Positions 21,201-29,426 are shown, counted from the first letter of the stretch. The stretch: DNA of 55,136 bases from a virus (IMGVR_UViG_3300035199_000963:1-55136); one strand, 5' to 3'. Notes: generated by a model from the letters alone, not told the origin. A program made the numbers and translations.

Positions 21201-24200
21201 GAGGGGTTGAGGTAGTTGATCATTATCTCGGGATCATGCGCTCCGCCATCGGCGGTGGAGAAAAATGGTCCTAACCCATTCCGTATCCATACAGAAAGAG
21301 TCCAACCGGAGGACGCGACGGGGGGCGCCATGCCCAACTGACCCAAGGGATTGCTAGAGCCGCTGTTGATGGCGTAAACACAGTTGGAGAACCGGGCATA
21401 ATAATCGTTAATGAATTCGCCCTCGACGACCGGAGCATGACCATATTTCCAAGGGTAGGGGGAATCGCCGCCGAGAGCAGGCGAACTCATGACTCCGGCG
21501 ATGGTTGCCGGTAGTTTATTCTCCACCATCGGGAACTTGTTCCAGTACTTATTACGTTCGAGGGTGTGACTTGTCACCATGGTGCGTACACCACCCGAGA
21601 ATCTCGCACTTGCCGGGACAAGTTGTTCAAGCATCGCAGAAACAGATTGATCAATCCATTTGTAGTATTCAAGATATTTTTCGAAGTCTATTAGTTCGTT
21701 GTCCACGCGATCAAAGAAGAGTTGTCTCATCTTGTCTAAGTCTTTATAAGCTGGTCTATACCTGCTGACTGTCTCTCCAATCAGATTGTTGAAATCCTTA
21801 ATAGTAGCAAAAAATTCTAACATTTCACGAGAAACGGCATCATACATACTCTTTTCCATAGAGAAGTAGTAATTTATGGGTCGTGAATTTTTCTCAAAAT
21901 ATATGTCATCATTGGAGAGCACATTGATCATGTCAGTGCTATTCAAGTTCTCCAACCCGCGTTGTTTTTGCGCATAAACATAGTTTCCATCAACTACATT
22001 GGTCGCGCTTCCAGAGAAACCATAGCCTACGCCTGGGTGCTGTAAATTCAAGAGATGACCAAACCATCCCGAACCGGAGGCTGCAGCAAGAGAACCCGAG
22101 GAAACATCAACAACTTCAAACTCGCCAGTGGCAGAGGAGCCCGTAACTAGGGCGAAATCCCAGTCAAGCATTCGAGTGTTAATTCTAGGGATATAGTTTT
22201 CAATGCTATAACCGCTTCCAGTACCTTGTACCATGTACGCTTGGCGGTAGGGATGTAATCTCCCAAAGCTTGTAGGATCTTTCGCGTGAGCCAACACTTC
22301 ATCGTTGCTTAAAACATCCAACCATGCACGTACTGAAGATATCTTGGCATCGCTCTTCTGGAGGGTGGATCCTGTGAAGTCGGTCTTGTGGGCGCCCGCA
22401 TATACACGCTTAGAAGACGACAAGAACATTTGCCCTTGCGCGAGAGTCATAGATGAGGTTACGTAAAAACTATGTTGTACGATATCATACTCCATGCATG
22501 TTCCGTAAAATTCTACCTTGTATTCTCCGCCTGTGCCGGCTGTTCCGCAACTTCCACTCATCAAACAAGATTGTGGATATGCCTCGGGAGCTACTTTAAC
22601 GGCAAAGTTCCAACGCTTATTCTTATATCCCTCCGGGAAAGTAGTCGAGGTAAGTTCACTAATGAAGCCCTCGGTCGCGGCGTCGGCGTTGGAACTCGTA
22701 AGAACAAACTTGATTTCACCTAAGGATGGCTGGCCCGGAGTGTATTCTTTAACGGCATGCACTTGGAAGTTGGCAGGGTCGTAAGGATCCCACGCAGTGA
22801 CCGTGTGGTCTTCATTTGGAGTATGTATACCAAATAAAGATGAAGACAGAAAATCGACTTCTAGAAATTGTAGGCCGTCGGAGCGATCATAAATGGTTGG
22901 AAGAATAACCTCTGCTTCAAATGTTATACCAAACCCATCGGTTAGATTGTGGGAAGAACCCAGGTAAGCAACAGAGTTGGCATTATCACTACTAGTGTGT
23001 TGATAGCATGTTGCACTAAAGTTGTCGGCTGCATGGAAATTGGCATAATTCTTTCTGAAGGTTTTATTCTGGAGGTTTTCCTCCAACTCAAACTCAATGT
23101 TGTTTCCATATACTTTTAACTCAATGACATCCTCATCGATTCCGAAACACCTTACTAAGTTCTTAAACGAACCTGCGGTGCCCTTTGTTTTATAAATGTG
23201 CACCAAGTTATTGTAAATGTTTTCATATATGCGATTTTTGACATCATTGATGTCTTCTTTAAAGATCTTGTTATCGGATCGGGATCCCAAAATCTCAGAG
23301 ATATCAGCATCTACAAAAAGCTCAGGAGTAGTTAGCCCGGCCGACTCCAACATTTCTCTCGCAAATGGATAAGGCTTGTTAGAGGCGGAGGTGTATGTAT
23401 CGTTGTCGCGGAAAGTGGGTAATGCATTAATCTGGAGATATACGTTGTCAAAATAACTTGACATTATTTGTGTGAGGTTTTGGAGGGCGCCTCCTTCGTC
23501 TTCTTCCTGGATCCAACTAGGGATAGAGTGATACAAGCTCGACACATTGTTGGAGTCGTAATAAGACCCAGACAGCTTCAGGTTGTCACCTAAGGTAATG
23601 ACGTCCGGGTGAGATCTGTAAAGAATAGGATCCTTAAATTCAAAAGTTGAGGCGGAGGCTTCTACGATGGCAGAACCCGTGTTACGGGCGCCTGTAGTAT
23701 ATCCCACAAAAGTTCCATTGGTAATTCGCCCAGAATAGTCCAGAACCTTTTCATCGGTCGCTGTGTTGGTGGTGACCCCCTCATTAAACTTATAGTAAAC
23801 GCCCAGTTTGCTCGTTGCATCGTCGGTGTTGACGCCGCCTTCGACCTGATCCAACCAGTTGAGACCGATCTCTTTGGCCGTTCTCCTGGTCTTCCAATAC
23901 CTGAACTCGTCTACGGAGCCCGATAGTTTAAACCACCCTCGCGAACCGGTGGCGGCGGTGGGCAATGACAGTGCTGTAGAGATTCTAGCAGGATCGCCCA
24001 CTGTCACTGCATCATTAGTCTTGGCAGAGTCAGCCAGGGTGGTACCAAAACTAGCTGAATCTCCGCAGCGATACCAGGCTTGTAGATCAAGTCCTCCCGA
24101 TAAATTTGTGGGCGCGCCGTTATTGTACATACCCACAACTTCGCCGGCGGGCAATTCTCTCGACCACACGGACATTTCATCTAGAGATCCGCTCCAGTCT

Positions 24201-25702
24201 TGCGACCATGAACCGGAAATATAATCGGCGCCGATGGCTACATAATAATCATCTTTTAGGGTCAAAAGCCCAGAATAAGCGGTGGTGACACCTACTCCGT
24301 CGACATATAGTTTAGCACCGTTGCCTGAATTCGCAGATCCGGTGGTGAATGCCACGTGGTGCCATTCATCGTCCTCAATTGAGATAGAAGAGTCATACCA
24401 ATGGGTGGTGACGGTGCCGGCAGCGTACACCCAAGCGAGGGTACCCACGTCGGACATCATTACTCGCCAGGGCGCGCGGGTGCCAGCAGCGGCACCACCA
24501 GTGACCGCCTCGCCGGCTGAGAAGATTGTTGTGCCCCGGGCGTTGGAATCTGCCTTAACCCAAGTAGAAAAAGAAAACCCATCCCAGGAGCTATACCAGT
24601 CCGGAGAAGTGCCAGGACCTCCAATTCCCAGATCTTCAGCCGGGGTGAGTGATGCACTGTTGATCACGAAGTAGTCGCCGGTACCGTCTAAATAAGCTCC
24701 AAACGAGTTACTCATCATCGTAACAGAGTATTCTTGGGCTCCAATAGTTGCGCGTAGACCGCCAGTTACAGCGTTAATGGCCTTGCTTGGCGCAGTAACG
24801 GACTTTTTGAGTAACCCATTCTCATATGTCTCAACGCTTAAATCATCCCCACTGTTTTTGAGAGTGAAGGCATAATGATTCCAGGAGCCCGTATTTGATA
24901 GGGAAAACCCATCATCAATAGAATAAGCTGTTATGGTCTCGTTAATGCTCCCAGATTCTACGTGAACAATAAACCCGTTTTCCTCGTCGGTGACCTCGGC
25001 GCTATTGTTGAGATAAATCCACAGGCGTCCGCCAGGGGAGTCAGCGGATCCGACTGCCTGGTTATTGTTAAGATCAAAGATGGTTTGTTTTGGAGTCGTT
25101 GTTGTACGATCAATTTCTCCAAATTTTACCCAAAGCTCAACGGTAGCACCGTCGTCACTTAGATCGAATTTAAGATTGGACTCCCTATCACTGGCTGCAT
25201 CAAAAACATTCGAACCGCTGAACGTACTGGCAAGAGGCTTACCAGCCATCCCAACCGAGGCAGTGTTGGGTCCTCCATAGAAGAGCACATACTCTTTTGT
25301 TGAAGGGTTGCCGGGTTGGTTGCTATCAAGAGCATATCCATCAGCCCCGATCGTTATATATCCATTAGTTCGAGGATATTCGTTATCAAATATATGGAGA
25401 TCTAAATACGAAGAACTATTTTGCCACTGAAGCTTTTCAACGCCCGATCCATCATAAGGATAGAAATCAATGATTCTACTTATTGCGTCAGCGTAATACC
25501 TTTCGGCAGATCCAAATTTTACAAAATTGGAAGCGGAAGAAAAATCAACATGAGGAACAAACCGATCAATTTCAATAGAACGAGCATCAACATATTTATC
25601 CGTTTTACTATTAGTTTCGTTGGCAATTTCTGTAATGCTCTTATCGCTAAGAGAGGTTAGATCACCCTTTGATTTAAATAGATTTTTTAGGTTATCGCTC
25701 AT
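12269..25702 (-). CDS. giant tail fibre/baseplate protein with about 8 LamG (concanavalin A-like) domains
   Basis: 4477 aa. Repeated F(S/T)xSxWxK...WHHV...LYVDG...IGA...F/YxGxxxE/DxxxW...L(S/T)xxxI/V...AWY/WRxGD signatures. Also a wedge-like segment (YNNLVHIYKTKGTAGSFKNLVRCFGI). Confidence 0.8.
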   Translation of the reverse strand: MSDNLKNLFKSKGDLTSLSDKSITEIANETNSKTDKYVDARSIEIDRFVPHVDFSSASNFVKFGSAERYYADAISRIIDFYPYDGSGVEKLQWQNSSSYLDLHIFDNEYPRTNGYITIGADGYALDSNQPGNPSTKEYVLFYGGPNTASVGMAGKPLASTFSGSNVFDAASDRESNLKFDLSDDGATVELWVKFGEIDRTTTTPKQTIFDLNNNQAVGSADSPGGRLWIYLNNSAEVTDEENGFIVHVESGSINETITAYSIDDGFSLSNTGSWNHYAFTLKNSGDDLSVETYENGLLKKSVTAPSKAINAVTGGLRATIGAQEYSVTMMSNSFGAYLDGTGDYFVINSASLTPAEDLGIGGPGTSPDWYSSWDGFSFSTWVKADSNARGTTIFSAGEAVTGGAAAGTRAPWRVMMSDVGTLAWVYAAGTVTTHWYDSSISIEDDEWHHVAFTTGSANSGNGAKLYVDGVGVTTAYSGLLTLKDDYYVAIGADYISGSWSQDWSGSLDEMSVWSRELPAGEVVGMYNNGAPTNLSGGLDLQAWYRCGDSASFGTTLADSAKTNDAVTVGDPARISTALSLPTAATGSRGWFKLSGSVDEFRYWKTRRTAKEIGLNWLDQVEGGVNTDDATSKLGVYYKFNEGVTTNTATDEKVLDYSGRITNGTFVGYTTGARNTGSAIVEASASTFEFKDPILYRSHPDVITLGDNLKLSGSYYDSNNVSSLYHSIPSWIQEEDEGGALQNLTQIMSSYFDNVYLQINALPTFRDNDTYTSASNKPYPFAREMLESAGLTTPELFVDADISEILGSRSDNKIFKEDINDVKNRIYENIYNNLVHIYKTKGTAGSFKNLVRCFGIDEDVIELKVYGNNIEFELEENLQNKTFRKNYANFHAADNFSATCYQHTSSDNANSVAYLGSSHNLTDGFGITFEAEVILPTIYDRSDGLQFLEVDFLSSSLFGIHTPNEDHTVTAWDPYDPANFQVHAVKEYTPGQPSLGEIKFVLTSSNADAATEGFISELTSTTFPEGYKNKRWNFAVKVAPEAYPQSCLMSGSCGTAGTGGEYKVEFYGTCMEYDIVQHSFYVTSSMTLAQGQMFLSSSKRVYAGAHKTDFTGSTLQKSDAKISSVRAWLDVLSNDEVLAHAKDPTSFGRLHPYRQAYMVQGTGSGYSIENYIPRINTRMLDWDFALVTGSSATGEFEVVDVSSGSLAAASGSGWFGHLLNLQHPGVGYGFSGSATNVVDGNYVYAQKQRGLENLNSTDMINVLSNDDIYFEKNSRPINYYFSMEKSMYDAVSREMLEFFATIKDFNNLIGETVSRYRPAYKDLDKMRQLFFDRVDNELIDFEKYLEYYKWIDQSVSAMLEQLVPASARFSGGVRTMVTSHTLERNKYWNKFPMVENKLPATIAGVMSSPALGGDSPYPWKYGHAPVVEGEFINDYYARFSNCVYAINSGSSNPLGQLGMAPPVASSGWTLSVWIRNGLGPFFSTADGGAHDPEIMINYLNPSGDDGLIQFYDLSGASAIRTATFPDSHDGNWHHLVVVYQYGEGSGADGSGARDLLALYGDGQTLTLSSADIEIDLAADGDIYIGAWATSHAVSSEFAGDMDEFSIWTQAPGVGGTPLVAELYNDGKPWDLRTDSTRLAAWYRMGDSAESATILADSANYSNASYPSTAPQNATAIQVAASPDTVVYLLGGPTGSSPSVNTNCFWWKNRAEPVNTLISSSVASVNADRTSLHDALYQTFDRRSNSPVQLSAVETNDIKSGQNSLSNNHKEKSVLSSFSNIENEANMDLYDDYVYISGSELEQFVDCSDLLKPTYRNQETSSNPAGEPASKKKVFYQSYTGHDSIGQQTGVRKENTPLSFYSSSMTASGYVVEVQDVDGFEGLDITNLHDDSYGSNLEIPMQGPFTEKYVGGYQYRHIDINYRNSQKQFLDNLYTRPEGYKILFPNEVGGSPGCLVISGPATARTGSIGSAYFDNVPGAIDDGKGYQSVVDATTLDLRTDFTLAAWVKTDADFSADSHGGIIFAIVSSIDPFSPTLWLYIDENNKFSVCDITTPGTPDLQYDVVINDGNWHHVALTFDESPSKTAILYVDGVSRDSGTAINFNITHGATVLLGTDKAATSGDPDYDHSFSGYIREIAAWDTILDSSDITGLSAVNDGFNERYGGGVTPPNITDDYAAGLQAWWRFGGAGAAITADSSGNSNTLTAINGGATLSTETPGIRNNAIYDYLPFANRMRETYAKRPVNIANIQQVTSSGITKIGNFEKNYQVVQTSGRKANNLFIESLSITNSESSYVTGVIDYSLPERSTNKTVITERFSAPGSGEVMARGTRDYTSEEYSPYNAMPWRNLSVRQPLDSLLKEHSGKYGLKAYTLSSSYQLNNVPTHVTAAYSKINRNTARRYENDARFENKHSVYFDATNDFYVSQQTAADLGLADSSFSMFSWAKVPTGYSPGGTAGHVLSGTIVSLGADEAFSDFSLMIDSNLKLSVFTNWQGSSAAWITSSANTIVENQWHHVGMTGRYNGDGGITYATIYVDGEAVSNSDYAVNILDNDPPAVTDFSGSLTTTAQVGVGAEDLTLNHEFHGWITDVSIWNTELTGSDITQLYKFSPEGLAGPVDLTLHPASASLVTWYRMGDGDELTAYSAPYALRDSSPKDSLAPRHVVVNNSPQVTLVAPAGSPVPSPGKFEAIQEQKCVYLSGTPYYNGGITAGDLQLLDDFSISMWIKPETPAGDWGYVFQIGPFGGEEGQVVIRASDGRVVADRTNVGSLPPELESTNPIVDGNWHHVVVTLDNSEDDFSLYVDGDLNDIDTTEVFSVAASDPIYIGATPAATSKYAGSISEMTVWNTLLSAAQVRELYRYAGLSSSMPGPVNPYNLAVSRDGILGSLKAWWRFGDTPADTATSIVDCATGSFTLTANGTPELRDSNLTSSNFVKATPGTPVYDNWFVQHAIPQSDLQYMWITSSYQSSKALGYATASDDITFVSASEFGSYRGDTRYWGNPFSGSNFIFTDFVGLNTNVYEPVGDAPIVNFAHFNGTGDRFVLNEDPDPTVVLGPAVALNIIGDFSISFWIKAETPEGTYGFIFSCDDQQSSPAVDEFMMFVRASDGKLCSDGLEEGSPGLVSTNSVVDGKWHHVVVTFDDGDNDAFLYIDGVENDVDLSEDIHIQSADYVTIGADKDADPSDYRYFYKGDLAQFAVWSAALTADQVSRLYYTHGQQPIDGMFSGDASPPTLEAVFLFTPNSDNLITADIKSIVKGTHYRSYGIPRKIDNSTTRGIINAGTVTLPYNTGRASTNSDNTLGWAPGADLVTWMPGQSEQYRNVDTVPALLNNTTQSAEMFNALMLHRNGPYQYPSWKQIRAGQSPIIRGQRKTNVMSYLPKMKESVEAFGSDYMNLNDPTRMVHPPAIAYSQERAAMHPQNNLFGARSTFVRHLTESVVTSKYRPLVHEFGEVGDPAYVPMADTYGNNLVTFTSYNENTKGTTLIGDLGINSAPTRRRQIHSLLQRQGPVNQRLSRVSYKETVFPREKNTYLKKVRQRENFIVDFWHPDRNERTETYVSNSMGSHSAPTNLPLVTSQSMWCLDGRINPYLTGSPATGTSDNVSGELLNPYTIEYDSAPTGPNTLTASAIYTRVGVDDIYSVPWVAGEQAGKDPFYYPSYDAYADDMKRYGKDYTIIPEFKISDYMDYYIMQKGKDFRAPLPAQGFLNLTGATLNASTTPDAIASSSMEGFFDVYSTTDFLRHFKHVAQAASNMSVGDWDTRSNADKASGMQPTQLTLECNAAMKFLPYKGFYPAQRTLELASLLSKSYGRNVEVSGTVLGSNTDQGNFRTFLQPFCSPGILYNTIKGGVAVDYPIYASEDAAGLEVNAAGITTSASFRAPFEALVEPEWLARTNIIDNEISRAKLNSTASWNGSGDDRYKMAMHNFLAESIDFFLLDGQLTSFASDSDAKGFLADPTKMYIMDIKIRPSGSREGGSQPAGNIMYNRDLNDASDGMGEFFGPRVQGVTGGPPTSGYSYTYSPPYYDYECLARVSFEPPNPAGEDQSYTLREILNASTVKYYHIMPNYLWKSIVVDGLGEGPLWDDWMQISASVNIGRDTTDFVLVDAKKVNFDAITGAPRTVESGEGEVLVFQTRFETPILDFSSGSLDKAGRSPLSPGAVSTEKTIRGMWHQYGVDLADGDGLFLEVADPIVSDVNDFYHILANTGSGGFDASVTGSLAGLIGMPKRAIKLGQSRERKVVKEAVIAIPFKPSQGPGGKEYYTLDKDAVVSAKGRIQSGNIPLGTSRIRPIFEQLLKMENYVLPPMFDFLTYDDQDPIAMYIFEFEHELSRKDITDIWQNLPPDTISSKYQTAKATISHDLLAGTFLSPDSETGSDIDDIKWLVFKVKQKANWNYYKKTHDTSDDERFQFDLKVGRGAGGRKFGVPDYSYNWPYDFFSLVELVKLDANVTFESPAAARTRLKKIDEANARMIEEAMAARGNAGK

Positions 25703-27192
25703 TTCTCAACTCTGAACTTAAATTCCTTATCGCCCTCAGTATACTTACTATTCAGGTAATATAAGAACCGCAAAGTGTATGAATAGCCTGGCTCCAGCAT
25801 ACTGACGTCTAGATCAAAGTAGCTTCCTGTTGAGTCTAGCGAGAGTTTTGTCTGGTTATCACTTCCTGTCCCATAATCGAAGACAGGGTACTCATCGTAA
25901 GTCCGATAGAGACTGTAGAACACTGACTCTACTGGATAATTTTGGGCTTGAGCTACAACTTTAGAATAAACGTTTGGATTCCAATTCTTGTTTCTGGTAT
26001 AAACACGGAACCTAGTATTCTTTTCATCTAGGTGATAAACTGACTTCAAGTTGGTAATATTTTCAATGATCTTAACATTAGGATTATAATTTGATGAGTC
26101 AAATTTCTTGGGCGTCACGCTTCCAGTGTGATACTGAGTTCCTGCATCATCGTGCCACACATCATAAATGCGTGTTAGAGGCGTCGCAGCGGATGTAACG
26201 GCATACGACGCCGAATAGATGCCCGTAGTAACATAGCCGCCAGTTACGTTGAGATCATTGTCAGCGGCGACATCGCCGCCGGCTGCTAACTCCAGCTTCG
26301 AACCAGATGGTACTGTGTTGTCATCCGATCCTGAGTAGAGGCTCACATAAATAGCGCCAGTATCTGCACCGGGAATATCTGCTAGCTGTCCACGTATTAC
26401 GTTATAAATGTAAACTGTATTGAGATTGTCGGCCGCTGGAGCAACAGAACTACTGTAATAGAAGTTTCCCCTATCATCTATCTTGGAAGAATCCCATCGT
26501 GCCTCAATTAGGGGTCTCTTTAGGAAGTATTGTGAAGAGCGAGCAAAAAACATCTTGGTATACTGCGTAACCCCACTCGTCTCAAGGCTTGAGGTGAGGC
26601 GAACCACTATTCCATAGTTGTCAATGCCGCTATCCCCGCTTCCCTTGATCCAATCTTCCACCAAAGGAGTGATGTCGAGTTCTATATCCTCGGTGCCCGT
26701 CTCCATGGAGATATCAAAGACATTTTCGTTCTTGTTTTGATCTAAAAAGTCGCCTCCGGTAGTTGTCCACGTGCTTCCAGAACCAGCATTGATCCAGTTC
26801 GAGCCCGTTTGGTCATAAGTGAGATCACTGTAGTTTTCCATATCAAGCCCATAACCTTCCTCCCAGCTCTGAGAAACGGGCATCACTGATAAAGTCATAT
26901 CCCTAGGGATCGTAGAGGCGTGAGGAGCATTGTACATGCGAAGATAAAAAGATACACTTCCGCTTGCCGGGACGTCGCCGTTAGTTCGATCGGTAGAAAT
27001 ATCACTTACTGGGAATTGCACCAAGAGTCTTGAAAGTTCCTGGGAAGTGGCGTCGGCTTGACCAAAAATGTGGAACACCTCTAAAATGTCCGCTCGCCCC
27101 ATATTGGATCCGGTACCGCGAGTGCTTAAATTAAGTTCAAAGGCATTAGTGAGCGTATTGTCTGCTGTCGCTGTATATCGTTTAATGCCCAC
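25699..27192 (-). CDS. DNRLRE-domain (CBM96-like) virion protein
   Basis: 497 aa, GTG start. Motifs ADNTL...GSNMG...SRLLVQF...VSQSWEEG...WTTTGGDF...DITPLVEDWI...NYGIVVRL...RPLIEARWD. Confidence 0.65.
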   Translation of the reverse strand: MGIKRYTATADNTLTNAFELNLSTRGTGSNMGRADILEVFHIFGQADATSQELSRLLVQFPVSDISTDRTNGDVPASGSVSFYLRMYNAPHASTIPRDMTLSVMPVSQSWEEGYGLDMENYSDLTYDQTGSNWINAGSGSTWTTTGGDFLDQNKNENVFDISMETGTEDIELDITPLVEDWIKGSGDSGIDNYGIVVRLTSSLETSGVTQYTKMFFARSSQYFLKRPLIEARWDSSKIDDRGNFYYSSSVAPAADNLNTVYIYNVIRGQLADIPGADTGAIYVSLYSGSDDNTVPSGSKLELAAGGDVAADNDLNVTGGYVTTGIYSASYAVTSAATPLTRIYDVWHDDAGTQYHTGSVTPKKFDSSNYNPNVKIIENITNLKSVYHLDEKNTRFRVYTRNKNWNPNVYSKVVAQAQNYPVESVFYSLYRTYDEYPVFDYGTGSDNQTKLSLDSTGSYFDLDVSMLEPGYSYTLRFLYYLNSKYTEGDKEFKFRVEK

Positions 27193-28988
27193 TACCTAAG
27201 CACTCCTTTGATATCACTCTTTGGATATTTAATTTCCCAAACAGTATCCACAGGAAACTCAATCATACGACCATCTGCGCTCGTATAATCACTAACAACA
27301 AATGAGGCGGCAGCATACGATAAGCCCGTCTTCTGAAATACCACAACTGACTCGGCATCGACAATGCCAGAAACATCATTAATAACGTTGTACACGTCCG
27401 AAATAAAGAATGGCTGTGCCATATTCGGCTTCACTTCAAAATACTGCTCAAGTGCGTCTTGGACGTCGTTCATTACCTCAAACCTATTTGCAGAATACTC
27501 TAAAACTGCTGTAAAATTAATCCCCAGGTTAACAATTACAGGATCCAGTATGTCAATGGTATCATTAATCATTTTAACATTTGTTAACCACGTTTTTAAG
27601 TTCCTCTTAAGAGTAGAGTTTGCTAGGATGAATTTGCCATTTCTATCTTCAGATAACACATAAAGATTTAAATTTCTCTTAAGAGAATCTTTATCTTGTA
27701 AAACATTGCATCTTTTAATCGCACCAAATTCAGGCGGCATATTATAAGCCATGGCTATATAATCTTGTTTCGTGACGGCGCGTGACTGAGTAGCAAAGGT
27801 TGATAGGGCGCGTAGCCTTAATTCTTCAACGGAAGGATAACTTACACTTCCAACGATCTGCTCTTCATTAGTCACCTCTAAAGATTCTATTGTTTCTGAA
27901 ACCAGCGCGGTATTCAACGAACCGATGTTGGCGAAGCGGGCCTTAGGAGAAGCGACTATGCTGAGGCTTCCTACTGCCGTGTTCATATTCGCTTCGGTAT
28001 TGACTCGATACTTAATAGTAAGTGTCGTATTGGAGGGTCCTACACCAAGCTTGTCGGTCTCCAAAAGACGGCTAGGGTCTAGGGTGGTTGTGGAATAATA
28101 GTCTTTTCCATAGACTTTAAGTATCACGTTGCTGGGGTCGGCGACTGATTGGGTCGTTAGCTCAGAATCAGAGCCAAAACCAAACAATAAGTTGACGCCC
28201 GTTCTATCAACCTCAACCACATATCTTCTGGGCACTGATATCGCACTGAGCACCGATCCTACAACGCCCTTGTCTTGATTACGATTTTTAATCGATTTAA
28301 ATATAACATCTTGAGTCAGGTAATCCACTTCGTAATAACTGTTTCCATTCGAGTCAGTCACCGATAGTACCTCTGTTATGTTTTCGCCGCGCAAAGTTAC
28401 TTTTTTAAATTTCTGAAAGGCTCCGATAGCAACAGTATCTACTAGTAGCTGTCCGGAAATAACCGTCCCCCTCGCCTTAATCGCAAAGTATGTAGGAATT
28501 CCTGTATCAGGATCCTGGCGGGCGGGCACGACGTCGCCGGGGGTGACGTTGGCGAAGTCCACATTCTCATTTAAAATAAAGTGGCGCCCGTCGATCGTAG
28601 AAAGTTGTGTCCCCTTTTCAAGCACAGGCATGTATTTAGCGTCCGGTTCGTTAGCGGCGGCCGCAGCGGGGACGATTATATAAAATGTCCCTATCCCAGA
28701 GGCAGTTGGGCTTAAATCGAGCTTAAATCCTGTTTGTTTGATAAGTTTTATAACATTGTCATATTCAATCGCAGTACTTAAAAAAGACTCGTTCGCCTGA
28801 TAATCAAGATAGAATGAAAGCATATCGCCCACATAAGCTACCGTATCTAACATCAAAGCTCCAAAACTGGCCTCATTAAAATCTCTAAATGTATCAGGAT
28901 AATATCTTTTTGCGTAGTCTACTAGTTCAGACTTGATCGACTCGAAGTCCCTACTGGTATAATCAACAGCTGTTTTCTTTTTTGGCAT
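27192..28988 (-). CDS. baseplate wedge protein (T4 gp6 / baseplate J-like)
   Basis: 598 aa. DYTSRDFESIKSEL...FRDFNEASFGALMLDTVAYVGDMLSFYLDYQANESFLSTA and RAVTKQDY motifs; follows gp25. Confidence 0.9.
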   Translation of the reverse strand: MPKKKTAVDYTSRDFESIKSELVDYAKRYYPDTFRDFNEASFGALMLDTVAYVGDMLSFYLDYQANESFLSTAIEYDNVIKLIKQTGFKLDLSPTASGIGTFYIIVPAAAAANEPDAKYMPVLEKGTQLSTIDGRHFILNENVDFANVTPGDVVPARQDPDTGIPTYFAIKARGTVISGQLLVDTVAIGAFQKFKKVTLRGENITEVLSVTDSNGNSYYEVDYLTQDVIFKSIKNRNQDKGVVGSVLSAISVPRRYVVEVDRTGVNLLFGFGSDSELTTQSVADPSNVILKVYGKDYYSTTTLDPSRLLETDKLGVGPSNTTLTIKYRVNTEANMNTAVGSLSIVASPKARFANIGSLNTALVSETIESLEVTNEEQIVGSVSYPSVEELRLRALSTFATQSRAVTKQDYIAMAYNMPPEFGAIKRCNVLQDKDSLKRNLNLYVLSEDRNGKFILANSTLKRNLKTWLTNVKMINDTIDILDPVIVNLGINFTAVLEYSANRFEVMNDVQDALEQYFEVKPNMAQPFFISDVYNVINDVSGIVDAESVVVFQKTGLSYAAASFVVSDYTSADGRMIEFPVDTVWEIKYPKSDIKGVLR

Positions 28989-29004
28989 TTATTACTATCC
29001 TCTT

Positions 29005-29403
29005 CTAAATAGCTGTAATTTCATTATTTCTCAACGATGCTTGGATACTTAATCGATCGGCTATTCCAATGCTAGGTACGCTATATTCAATCGTAAGATT
29101 CAAAATATGGGAGTCTTCTACATCCTCCATTAAAAGTTCGTCAAGCTGAACAAAAGACATGTATCTGGCCACTTGCTCTCCGATGGTAGCGCCGATATCA
29201 GTGCGCACGTTATCCCCGACCATGTTTAAAAACAAAAAATTCCGGAGTCCGCAGCCGAAGTCCGGATCCATCATGCGCTCGCCGGGGGCGGTGAGTAACA
29301 AGTTTTTGAAATTCTGCTTTACCAATTCAGCGTAGGTTTTGAGCAAACCAAACCCGTCTTCGGGGTCTTTCTCGATTGGTAGTCGTGGTCCTAATCCGGG
29401 CAT
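29005..29403 (-). CDS. baseplate wedge subunit gp25 (GPW/gp25 family)
   Basis: 132 aa; VKQNFKNLLLTAPGERMMDPDFGCGLRNFLF signature. Confidence 0.92.
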   Translation of the reverse strand: MPGLGPRLPIEKDPEDGFGLLKTYAELVKQNFKNLLLTAPGERMMDPDFGCGLRNFLFLNMVGDNVRTDIGATIGEQVARYMSFVQLDELLMEDVEDSHILNLTIEYSVPSIGIADRLSIQASLRNNEITAI

Positions 29404-29418
29404 TTCTTTATTATATTG

Positions 29419-29426
29419 TAAATATC
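29419..29426 (-). promoter_or_regulatory. variant late-promoter candidate GATATTTA
   Basis: About 16 nt upstream of the gp25 start in an 82-nt gap; shares the TATTTA core. Confidence 0.3.

Noticed and set aside
12269-25702. Intein, intron or DGR target explaining the size of the giant gene
   Set aside because: No intein splice motifs, homing endonuclease, reverse transcriptase or TR/VR repeat pair was seen; the extra length is LamG domains.
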